Shown one piece after another: positions 24,990 to 36,051 of a stretch of 64,000 nt of DNA. This DNA is from Octopus sinensis. Taxonomy: Eukaryota. Location of the stretch: positions 50,108,464 through 50,172,463 of the forward strand of contig NC_043011.1 of the NCBI RefSeq assembly GCF_006345805.1, given 5' to 3'. Under the pieces are notes generated by a model that saw only the letters and a list, made by a program, of their open reading frames with translations, was not told the origin of the DNA and did not search any database. How positions within the stretch are numbered: position 1 is the stretch's first letter; each line of letters opens with the position of its first letter. Made by a program: the position numbers and the translations under genes.

Positions 24990-25503
24990 GCGTATTCTTC
25001 CTCTCTCTCTCTCTCCTTCTCCCTTATGCTCCTGTTCCTTCTTTGCTTTTCTCTCATTTACTTACCTAGTTCCTCCTTCTCCTTCTGACTCTCTTTCCCA
25101 TCTTCTCCTTTCCTCCTTCCTCTGCCCTCGCTCTGCCTTTCTTTCCCCGTGTTACCTTCTTTTTCTGTATTCGCCGGCCCCTATTCTCTACTTCTCCCTC
25201 TCACCCATTCCACTGCCTCTCTTCCTTTATTTTCCTATCATTTTCCCTTGTTTCCCTCTCTCTACTCACAATTCACTCTGCCCATCTCTCTCTCTCTCTC
25301 ACTCTCTCTCTCTCTCATTCTCTCTCTCTCTCTCCTCTTTTTCTCTCACTCTCTTCCATATCATCAACTTCACTTACATTCTGCCTCCCTTTTCTCCCCT
25401 TCACTTTACCATTCTACTTGTCCCACATTCTTCCCCTCTTCTTCAAGCCCTTCCTCGTTTGTACTCTCTCTCACCATGCCACTATTCATCTCTCTCTTCT
25501 AAA

Positions 25504-25555
<52 letters not shown>

Positions 25556-25985
25556 TTCTCTTCTCTCCACCACCCAATTCCTTTTTTCTCACCTCCTCCC
25601 ACTTTTATTTTTTCTCTCACTGTCCTTTTCCTCCCACCTTCCTTCATCTTCTCGTTCTTACTCAACTTCTCAGCGCCTCTTCTCCTCTTTCCATTACTCT
25701 CTGTTTGCCCCGCTCCCTCTCTTTCCCTTACTTTCTGTCTCTCTGTATCTTTCTCTTTACGGTTCCCTTTGCCTCCCACTCTTTCCGTCATTGCATCTCT
25801 CTCTGTTATTCTCCACCTCTTTCTCTCTGCTTTGTCCCCTTCATTTTTTTCTCCAACTCACACTGTTGTTCCCCTCTCTTTCGCTTTTTATCTCTCTCTC
25901 CCTCTCCCTCTCCCTCTCTCTCTCTCTCTCTCTTTTGTCTCCCTCTCTTTACCATGCTATCTCTCTGTCTCCCTCTCTTTCCCAA
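24990..25985. repeat. About 1 kb degenerate polypyrimidine (CT-rich) tract
   Basis: Direct reading. Confidence 0.85.
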
Positions 25986-26442
25986 ACTATCAGAAAAAAG
26001 AAAATGATGCCCCAAACCTTCATTCAACCCAACTACAAATGAACTAATCATATACTTTTAAGAACGTCCCCATGGAACATTCGGCTAATTCCATACGTTA
26101 TCCATTGGTTTATTATTTTTATTTTATTTATATTTATATTTCCTCATTATATTTTTCCACTTAATTATCTCATGTGATATCCGCGGAGAGGAAGACCCTG
26201 TCACGTAATCTTTTCTTTAATTTTCGCTACGCTAATAAACGGTGATCTTAGATAAAAACTTATTTCAAAATGAATCTCATGAGCTTTAACTTTCAAATTA
26301 TGCTGTATATGGGTGTAAGTGTGTATGTGTGTATGTGTAGTTTTATACTTATGAATGTGTGCGTGTATATATTGCAAGCCAAAAAAGCTAGTTCAAAAAT
26401 CTCTCTCAGAGATGAACACAGTAGTTGTATTAGCAAGTATAA

Positions 26443-26473
<31 letters not shown>

Positions 26474-26547
26474 CATATGGGGGGTTGTGTGCGGGTGTGT
26501 GTGTGTGTGTATACATATATATACATATATAGATATATATACCCGTG

Positions 26548-26581
<34 letters not shown>

Positions 26582-27116
26582 TGTATGTATGTATTTCTGA
26601 GCATTCACGCCGTACTGCTGGTAATATTTACGTCTCACTTTTTTTTATCTAAACACCCAGAAACTCATACTGCACGGATGAAAGGAGCCTAAAATCCCAT
26701 ATATAGGAACAACAGATTGAATCTCAGCTGTCTTAGCTTCAAGTCCCTTACAGCAATATTAATTGAAAGATCTAATATCTTCAAAAGAAAGTCATATTTG
26801 ATGAAGTTACTAAATATTATATCAATATGTTGAATATTAGTGTGTCAAAGAGAAAACATTCCTAAATTCTACATTCAACTGATTAACCAACAAACACAAA
26901 TATCGTAATTGTAACACAGATACATTCCATAGTCCGCACTTGTTTTTCAATTACTGAAGCTTCAGCATAACTGGGAATACTATATACTTATAAAAATACT
27001 ACAAAATAGAAGAAAATAACATAAAGTTAGCAGATGTATGATGCATTTTGTTGGCAAATAGTTATGCAATGATTTCAAACTGTGCGTTAAATATTGTGCC
27101 TTAAAGATTCGACAGA

Positions 27117-27745
27117 TTGAAAAATTTTTCGAAAAAATTTTTCAAAAACTTTTTGAAAATTTTCCCCAAAGTGTTTAGAAAAATTTTTTCAAAAATTTTT
27201 GGAAAATTTACCACAAAATTTTTTGAAAATTTACCCGAAAGGTTTTTGAAAATTTACCCCAAAATTTTTGAAAAATTTTTTGGAAATTTTCCCCAAAAAG
27301 TTTTTGAAAATTTTCCCCAAAATTTTTTGAAAATTTACCCGAAAGGTTTTTGAAAATTTACCGTAAAATTTTTGAAAAATTTTTCAATAACTTTTTGGAA
27401 ATTTTGCGGAAAATTTTCAAAAAAGTTTTGGGAAAAATTTTTCAAAAATTTTTGGAGAAAATTTTCAAAAAACTTTTCAAAAATTTTGGGGGAAAGTTTT
27501 CAAAAAACTTTCAAAAATGTTGGGGGAAAGTTTTCAAAAAATTTTCAAAAATTTTGGGGGGAAATTTTCAAAAAATTTTTGAAAAATTTTGGGGGAAATT
27601 TTCAAAAAATTTTTGTAAAATTTGGGTGGAAAATTTTCAAAAAATTTTCAAGAAAGGTTTGGGGAGAATTTTCAGAAAATTTTTCAAAAATTTTTGGGGA
27701 AAATTTTCAAAAGACTTTTCAAACGTTTTTGGGGGAAATTTTCAA
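27117..27745. repeat. A/T-tract minisatellite arranged as a fold-back
   Basis: Left half has TTTTGAAAATTT(A/T)CCCCAAAA units; right half has the inverse TTTTGGGGGAAATTTTCAAAA. The axis is near 27390. Confidence 0.85.
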
Positions 27746-28138
27746 GAATTGAAACCACGATCTCGAGATTTTGAGTACAACACCGTAACCACTAAATCAT
27801 GCGCCGTCACACACGGAATAAATCTGTATATATAAACACATATGTAAACACACACACAGTACTAATATGCCAACAAATACACAAAGCCAGACAATAACGC
27901 GGAACTGAATAATGAATTTTATGGTAAATAACAATTGAAATCAATCTTACTATGATTCTTATATCTCTTAGTATGTTATATATGTGACTTTGATTACACG
28001 TGTCTCGTATATGTATGGTCGGCCCTAGGCTAAAGTAGAAGACACACACTCAAGGTGCGACTCAGTGGGATTGAACCCAGAACCATGTGGTTGGAAATCA
28101 AGCTTCTTACTACATGCTTACGCCACTCTCTCTCTTTC

Positions 28139-28176
<38 letters not shown>

Positions 28177-28180
28177 TCTG

Positions 28181-28229
<49 letters not shown>

Positions 28230-28249
28230 CTCTTATATCGATCCCAATA

Positions 28250-28620
28250 CTCGACTAGTATTTGTTTTATTAACCCTCAAAGGATGACAGTCAAACTCGA
28301 TGGAATTTGAACTCAGAGCGAAACGACGGACGAAATAACGCCAAACATTTTCCCCGGCGTGTTAACGCTTCAGCCAGCTCGCTGCCTTAAGCCGTTATAT
28401 ATAATAGTTCTTTCGATTATTGACACAAGGCCTGCAATTTTGGAGAAGGGGGGTCAAGTCGATTATATCGACACCACTGTTTGATGCGTACTTATTTTAT
28501 CGACCCCGAAAGTATGAAAGACAAATTCGACCTCGGCGAAATTTGAACTCAGAACGTAAAGACGGATGAAATGCCGCTTAGCATTTTATCCAGCGTGCTA
28601 CCAATTCTGTCATCTCTCCG
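28250..28620 (-). mobile_element. Two SINE family C copies
   Basis: Repeated ATTTGAACTCAGA..GACGAAAT..CCAGC heads. The second carries the alternative tail TTGACACAAGGCC. Confidence 0.75.
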
Positions 28621-28831
28621 CCATATCTATTGAAATATCATGTATGTATACATGTAAGTATGTATATATGCATGTATGTCTGTCTGTGTGTGTGTGTATG
28701 TATGCATTCATGCATGCATGTATATATGTATGTCTGTATGTATATATGCATGCATGTATGTATGCATATATGTATGTATGTATGTATCTATGTAGATGTG
28801 TGTGTATGCATGTATGTGTGTATGTATGTAT

Positions 28832-29143
28832 ACTCTTTTACTTGTTTCAGTCATTTGACTGCGGCCATGCTTCAGCACCGCCTTTAGTCGAGCAAATCCA
28901 CCCCGCGACTTATTCTTTGTAAGCCCTTATTCTATCGGTCTCTTTTGCCGAACCGCTAGATGACGGGGACGTAAACACACCAGCATCGGTTGTCAAGCAA
29001 TGCTAGCGAGACAAACACAGACACACAAACATACACACACACACACACACATATATATAAATACGATGGGCTTCTTTCAGTTTCCGTCTACCAAATCCAC
29101 TCACAAGGCTTTCGGCGGCCCGAGGCTATAGCAGAAGACACTT
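28832..29143 (-). mobile_element. SINE family A (headless)
   Basis: Tail and body match family A. Confidence 0.85.
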
Positions 29144-29251
29144 GCATGTGTGTGTGTGCGTGTGTGTTTGTGTGTGTGTGAGTGCGTGTGCGCGCGCGTG
29201 CGTGTGTGCGTGTGTGTATGTATACATATATACATACATACATATATATAT

Positions 29252-29295
<44 letters not shown>

Positions 29296-29393
29296 TATAT
29301 ATATTATATATAGGTCCCGGTTGAGTCGGGTTTAACCACAGTAAATAAGGTACTCAATACATTGCAGAGTAAATTAATTTATTTTATAGAAGG

Positions 29394-29444
29394 AGCTTCT
29401 ACAGGACTAGTACTGTTTCATTGAAATGAAATCATCAGGAAGCT
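29394..29444 (-). ncRNA. Type I hammerhead ribozyme (weak helix II)
   Basis: AGCUUC-CUGAUGA-UUUCAUUUCAAU-GAAA-CAG UACUAGUC CUG-UA-GAAGCU. Confidence 0.6.
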
Positions 29445-29484
29445 GGCTGTCAAAATAAGGTCTGGTATTATTACTTTGACAGCC

Positions 29485-29535
29485 AGCTTCCTGATGATTT
29501 CATTTGAATGAAACAGTACTAGTCCCGTAGAAGCT
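29485..29535 (+). ncRNA. Type I hammerhead ribozyme (mismatch in helix III)
   Basis: AGCUUC-CUGAUGA-U UUC AUUU GAA U-GAAA-CAG UACUAGUC CCG-UA-GAAGCU. Confidence 0.6.
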
Positions 29536-29546
29536 CCTTCTATAAA

Positions 29547-29598
<52 letters not shown>

Positions 29599-29603
29599 AT
29601 ATA

Positions 29604-29680
<77 letters not shown>

Positions 29681-29692
29681 GTGTGTGTGTGT

Positions 29693-29900
29693 GTGTTTTA
29701 GTCATTATTTTAGTCATTGTACTGTGGTCATGCTGGAGCAACGCCTTGAAAAGTTTAATTGAATAAATCGATCCCAGTACTTGTTTTAAAGTCTGTTATT
29801 CATTCTATGGGTCTCTTTTTGCTGCACCACTAAGTTACGGGGACGTGAACGCCGGTTGTCAAGCTGTCCTGAGAGACAAACCCAAACACAAAGATATACA
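29693..29900 (-). mobile_element. SINE family A, diverged partial copy
   Basis: TGTGGTCATGCTGGAGCA..CTAAGTTACGGGGACGT. Confidence 0.7.
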
Positions 29901-30377
29901 CACATAAATATATACATACATGTATACACACACATGTATACATACACATGCATTACATACACACGTACATACATACACATTATGCGTATGTGTGTGTATA
30001 CATTTATATATTAAGCTACCTACATACACACATACACACACACTCACACACACACACACACACAAAGACACACACACGCATATATGTATGTATATACACA
30101 CGCACGCACATATATATGTATGTATTATGTACATACACACATATTATAAACGATGCTATTATCTCTTCCGGTCCCAGTATTTTTTTGTTGAAATATGTCT
30201 TAAAACAATAACTATCACACGACGACAGCTTAAACAATGTAAAAGTGTATAAATATATAAAGCAGTAATAAACAATAATGAATAATGATAATTAAATAAA
30301 ACAGTAAAAAGCGGTAAAGATGAAGTAGCAGCACGCCGTGACCAACCCATCTTTTATTCCGTGACCTTTATATAAAA

Positions 30378-30761
30378 ACTAGCAGTATCGCCCGGCGTTG
30401 CTCGGGTTTGTAAGGGAAATAACTTTAAAGCATTTTTAGAGAGTTATAGCCAAAAAATAACAAAAAAATGGAAAAAAATGATGGTAAATTTTTTTTTTAC
30501 TTAAAAAAGGTGGAGTTGCGTCCCCTAGACAGTTTGCGGTTTGTGTTTCTGATTCTCGACCCCATGTCGAATTTATCGATTTTTTCAGAACTGGGGGAAC
30601 TTTTCAAAATTTTCGCTGCGTTAGTTTTGAATTATGACATTGGGCTATGTGTGTGTCAAGTTTCATCAGAATCGGTTGAAAGCCGTGGTCAGGGTGAGGG
30701 TACAAGCAAACAGACACACAGAAACACGCACAGACAAACTGCCGTTTATATAGAGAAAGAT
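30378..30761 (+). mobile_element. Non-autonomous Helentron/DINE-1-like (HINE) element
   Basis: 5' ACTAGCAGTATCGCCCGGCGTTGCTCGGG hairpin. 3' CAAGTTTCATCAGAATCGG..(ACAG/ACAC)n..TTTATATAGAGA layout typical of this class. Confidence 0.7.
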
Positions 30762-30777
30762 AACAGACAGCAGAAGT

Positions 30778-33700
30778 GTTGGCTGGCTGGTTGGTCGGTG
30801 GGTAGACAGATTGGCTGGTTGGTTACTCTGTCGGTTGGTTAGATAGTTGGTTGGTTGGGCGGTAGGTCGACTAGTTGGTTGGTTGGGCGGTAGGTCGACT
30901 AGTTGGCTGGTTTGTCAGTTGGTTGGCTGGTTTGTTGGTTTGTCGGTTGGTTGGCTGGTTTGTTGGTTTGTCGGTTGGTCGGTGTGTCTGCTGGTTGGCT
31001 GGTTTGTCGACTGGTTGATTGGTTTGTCAGTTGGTCTGTGGGTCGGCTGGTTGGTCGGTTGGTCGTGGGTCGGCTAATTGGCTGGTTGGTCGGTTGGTCG
31101 TGGGTCGGCTAGTTGGCTGGTTGGTCGGTTGGTCGTGGGTCGGCTAGTTGGCTGGTTGGTCGGTTGGTCGTGGGTCTGCTGGTTGGCAGGTTTGTCGGTT
31201 GGTCGTGAGTGCGCTGGTGGTTGGTCGTGGGTCTGCTAGTTGGTGGGTATGTCGGATGGTTGGCTGGTTGGCTTGTTAGTCGGTAGGTCAGCAGGTTGGC
31301 TGGTTTGTCGGTTGGTCGTGAGTGGGCTGGTTGGCTGGTTGGGGGGTTGGTCGTGGGTCTGCTGGTTGGTTGGTTTGTCAGATGGTCGGATGGTTGGCTT
31401 GTTAGTCGGTGGGTCAGCTGGTTGGATAGTTTGTCGGTTGGTCGCGAGTGGGCTGGTTGGCTGGTTGGGCGGTTGGTCGTGGGTCTGCTGGTTGGTTGGT
31501 TTGTCAGATGGTCGGATGGTTGGCTTGTTAGTCGGTGGTCAGCTGGTTGGATAGTTTGTCGGTTGGTCGCGAGTGGGCTGGTTGGCTGGTTGTCGGTTGG
31601 TCGTTGGTCGTGGGTCTGCTGGTTGGCTGTTTGGGCGGTTGGTCGTGGGTCTGCTGGTTGGTTGGTTTGTCGGATGGTCGACTGGTTGGCTTGTTAGTCG
31701 GTGGGTCAGCTGGTTGGCTGGTTTGTCGGTGGTCGTGAGTGGCTGGTTGGCTGGTTGGCGGTTGGTCGTGGGTCTGCTGGTTGGTTGTTTGTCGGATGGT
31801 CGGTTGGTTGGCTTGTTAGTCGGTGGGTCAGCTGGTTGGCTGGTTTGTCGGTTGGTCGTGAGTGGGCTGGTTGGCTGGTTGGGCGGTTGCTCGCGGGTCT
31901 GCTGGTTGGCTGGTTGGGCGGTTGGTCATGGGTCTGCTGGTTGGTTGGTTTGTCGGATGGTCGACTGGTTGGCTTGTTAGTCGGTGGGTCAGCTGGTTGG
32001 CTGGTTTGTCGGTTGGTCGTGAGTGGGCTGGTTGGCTGGTTGGGCGGTTGGTCGTGGGTCTGCTGGTTGGTTGGTTTGTCGGATGGTCGGTTGGTTGGCT
32101 TCTTAGTCGGTGGGTCAGCTGGTTGGCTGGTTTGTCGGTTGGTCGTGAGTGGGCTGGTTGGCTGGTTGGGCGGTTGGTCGTGGGTCTGCTAGTTGGCTGG
32201 TTGGGCGGTTGGTCGTGCGTCTGCTGGTTGGCTGTTTGGGCGGTTGGTCGTGGATCTGCTGGTTGGTTGGTTTGTCGGATGGTCGGTTGGTTGACTTGTT
32301 AGTCGGTGGGTCAGCTGGTTGGTTGGTTTGTCGGATGGTCGGCTAGTTGGCTTGTTAGTCGGTGGGTCAGCAGGTTGGCTGGTTTGTCGGTTGGTCGTGA
32401 GTGGGCTGGTTGGCTGGTTGGGTGGTTGGTAGTGGGTCTGCTGGTTGGTTGGTTTGTCGGTTGGTTGTCTGGTGTGCTGGTTTGTCGGTTGGTCGGTAGG
32501 TCGGCTGGTTGGTTGTTTCGTCGGATGGTTGTCTGGTTGGTCGGTGGGTCGGCTGGTTTGTTGGTTTGTCGGTTGGTCGTTGGTCGGCTGGTTGGTTTGT
32601 CGGATGGTCGGCTGGTTGGCTATTTTGTCGGTTGGTCATGGTTCGGCTGGTTGGTCGGTTAGTCGGTTGGTCGTTGGTCTGCTGATTGTTTGGTTTGTCG
32701 ATTGGTTGGCTGGTCGGCTGGTTGGTCAGTGGGTCGGCAGGTTGGTTGGTTGGTTTGTCGGTTGGTCGTTCGTCGACTGGCTGGTTGGTTTGACGGTTGG
32801 TTGATGGTTGGCTGGTTTGTCGGTTGGGCGTAGTTCGGCTGGTTGGTTGATTTGTCGGTTGGTTTGCTAGTGGGTCGGCTGGTTGGTTGGTTGGTTGGTT
32901 TTCGGCTGGTTGGGTGATTTACTGGTTGGGTGGTTTACTGGTTGGTCGGTTGGTCGGCTGGTTGGTTGGTTTGTCGGTTGGTCGTTGGTCGGCTGGTTGG
33001 TTGGTTCGTCGGTTGGTTGGCTGGTTGGCTGTTTGTTTGGTGGGTCTACTGGTTGGTTGGTTTGTCGGTTTGTCGTTGATCGGCTGGCTGGCTGGTTGGG
33101 CGGTTTGTCGGCTGGTTGCTTGGTTTGTCGGTTGGTCGTTGGCTGGTTGGGCGGTTGGTCGTGGGTTGCTGGTTGGTTGGTTTGGCGGTTCGTCGCCTGG
33201 TTGGCTGGTTTGTCGGTTGGTCTTGGATCGGCTAGTTGGTTTGTTAGACGGTTGGTCGTGTGTCGGCTGGTTGGTTGGTTAGTCGGTAGGTTGGCTGATT
33301 GGCTGGTTGGCTGGTTGGTCGGTGGGTCGGCTGGTTGGTTGGTTTGTCGGTTGGTCGTTGGTCGGCTGGTTGGTTGATGGTTGGCTGGTTTGTCGGTTGT
33401 TCGTGGGTTGGCTGGTTGGTTTGTCGGTCGGTCGTGGGTCGGCTGGGTGGTTGCTTTGTCGGTTGGTTGGCTGGTTGGCTGATTGGTCGGTGGGTCGGTG
33501 GGTCGGCTGGTTGGTTGGTCGGTTGGTTGGTTGGTCGGTTGGTCGGCTGGTTGGGTAGTTGGTCGGTGGGTCGGCTGGTTGGTCGGCTGCTTCGCTGTTT
33601 GGTCGGTGGGTCGACTGGTTGGTTGGTTAGTCCTTTGGTGGTTGGTCGGCTGGTTGGTTGGTTTGACGGCTTGTTGATGGTTGGCTGGTTTGTCGGTTGG

Positions 33701-34190
33701 TCGTGGGTCGGCTGTTCGTTTAGTCGGTTGGTCGTGGGTCGGCTGGTTGGTTGGTTAGACGGTTGGTTGGCTGGTTGGCTTGTTGGTCGTTTGGTCGGCT
33801 GGTTGGTTGGTTTGTCGGTTGGGTGGCTGGTTGACTGGCTGGTTGGTGGGTCGGCTGGCTGGTTGATTAGACGGTTGGTCGTTTGTCGGCTGGTTGGTTG
33901 GTTTGACGGTTGGTTGATATTTGTCTGGTTTGTCGGTTGGTCTTGGGTCGGCTGGTTGGTTGGTTGGTTAGTCGGTTGGTTGGTTGTTTGGCTTGTTGGT
34001 CGGTGGTTCGGCTGGTTGGTTGGTTTGTTGGTTGGTTTGTCGGTTGGTCGTTGGTTGGCTGGTTGGTTGGTTGGCTGGTTGGTTGGTTGGTTGGTTGGTT
34101 GGTTGGTTGGTTGGTTGGTCGTTGGGTCGGCTTGTCGTTTTGTTGGTCGATTGGTCGTTGGTCGGCTGGTTGGTTGTTTGGCTAGTTGGC
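30778..34190. repeat. 3.4 kb GGTT/GGCT/GGTC-derived satellite with a higher-order unit
   Basis: The plus strand is very A-poor. TTGTTAGTCGGTGGGTCAGC recurs at mostly about 125-165 bp spacing in 31270-32360. Confidence 0.9.
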
Positions 34191-34657
34191 ATATATATAT
34201 ATGCTTTGGTATAGATGAATGTCAACGTGTGTGTGTGTGCTTGTGTGTGTGTATGTATGTGTGAATGTATGTAGGTGATGGTCTAATCTGAGATTTGCAC
34301 TTGTCTGGAATGTTCAACCGAAACATTGAATTCTATATCAGATAATGCTTACACAGCACAGAATCGTATATATACACACACATATATATATATATTTCAT
34401 GCACATGCTCATACATACGTACATGCACACACACATACACACACACATACATATATACGCATGTACGTATCTGTGTATATATACAGACGAAGGTGTGTAA
34501 CTGTTTTATGTTGAAGTTTCTTTAAATTATATTTCTGCGCACGTATTTACATAATGCATACACGCACACGTTCCACCACACACACACACATACATTCACC
34601 AACACACACCCACACGCAATATATAAATACCCCTAAGACCATATATATATACATAGA

Positions 34658-34703
<46 letters not shown>

Positions 34704-35087
34704 ATATATATAATATATATTAATATATATATATATATATTATATATAATATATATTTATATGTATGTATGTATAATTATATATATATATAATTATATAT
34801 AGTATTCAATAAAGGGTGGAATATAATTAATTTAATAAAATCAATCAATTTCACCTAGTAGATTTGTCGGTATGGAAAAGACCATATTTGGTAAGGGTTA
34901 TAATAATTATAATAAAGGGTTAAATGCAACAAGTTGCTCAAAACCACATACCGAAAATATTAGAAATAGCAGCCAAAATTGGTCACTATTTCTTCTACTA
35001 GTAAAAAGTCTCCACAAACAAACAGAATTTGTAAGCTGTATATGGCAAAAAAAGGCAGAAAATAACAAAAACCCAGCCTCTGGATTA

Positions 35088-35145
35088 ATTATAGACGACT
35101 CGTTTCTGGATTAGAACCGAAGGTTCATTTCCTTGTCAATATAAT
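35088..35145 (-). ncRNA. Type I hammerhead, U3-A8 core variant
   Basis: Exact reverse complement of 35793-35850. Confidence 0.65.
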
Positions 35146-35792
35146 ATTTCCTATAGATCTAGAAATGCTAGGGGAAAAAACTTACCCGCTACACCAGTAC
35201 GATCTGCAACATCGGACGGCTTAACGGAACTGCTAGCATTCGTACATCTATGCCGACATGCGAATTCATATTTCCCTCCAAAATCTACCACGTGAGCTAC
35301 AAAAACATTACCAACGAAACGAAAAATTCGGAGATAACTTGTAAGGGAGCAAAAGTATTCAGTATTCAATAAAGGGTGGAATATAATTAATTTAATAAAA
35401 TCAATCAATTTCACCTAGTAGATTTGTCGGTATGGAAAAGACCATATTTGGTAATTTAACCCTTTATTATAATTATTATAACCCTTACCAAATATGGTCT
35501 TTTCCATACCGACAAATCTACTAGGTGAAATTGATTGATTTTATTAAATTAATTATATTCCACCCTTTATTGAATACTGAATACTTTTGCTCCCTTACAA
35601 GTTATCTCCGTTTTTTCGTTTCGTTGGTAATGTTTTTGTAGCTCACGTGGTAGATTTTGGAGGGAAATATGAATTCGCATGTCGGCATAGATGTACGAAT
35701 GCTAGCAGTTCCGTTAAGCCGTCCGATGTTGCAGATCGTACTGGTGTAGCGGGTAAGTTTTTTCCCCTAGCATTTCTAGATCTATAGGAAAT

Positions 35793-35850
35793 ATTATATT
35801 GACAAGGAAATGAACCTTCGGTTCTAATCCAGAAACGAGTCGTCTATAAT
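35793..35850 (+). ncRNA. Type I hammerhead, U3-A8 core variant
   Basis: AUUAUA-UUGACAA-GGA AAU GAACC UUC GGUUC UAA UCC A-GAAA-CGAGUCG-UC-UAUAAU. Confidence 0.65.
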
Positions 35851-36051
35851 TAATCCAGAGGCTGGGTTTTCGTTATTTTCTGCCTTTTTTTGCCATATAC
35901 AGCTTACAAATTCTGTTTGTTTGTGGAGACTTTTTACTAGTAGAAGAAATAGTGACCAATTTTGGCTGCTATTTCTAATATTTTCGGTATGTGGTTTTGA
36001 GCAACTTGTTGCATTTAACCCTTTATTATAATTATTATAATTATATATATA

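Larger units (their letters stand above)
29377..29552. repeat. 78-bp inverted repeat in (TA)n, each arm carrying a hammerhead
   Basis: 29377-29454 is the reverse complement of 29475-29552 with 2 substitutions. Confidence 0.9.
34801..36040. mobile_element. Inverted pair of greater-than-unit-length copies of a 560-bp hammerhead-bearing unit (pLTR/retrozyme-like)
   Basis: AGTATTCAATAAAGGG at 34801 and 35361 gives a period of 560. 35455-36040 is a reverse-complement copy crossing the unit junction. (TA)n on both flanks. Confidence 0.8.

Noticed and set aside
30847-34264. Many overlapping W/L/V/G-rich ORFs up to 321 aa
   Set aside because: A by-product of the A-poor GGTT satellite, open in several frames at once.
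35587-35787. 66-aa ORF (and mirror 35151-35414) ending just before the hammerhead, as a GIY-YIG C-terminus
   Set aside because: No GIY-YIG or RT motif was recognised; it may be a chance ORF.
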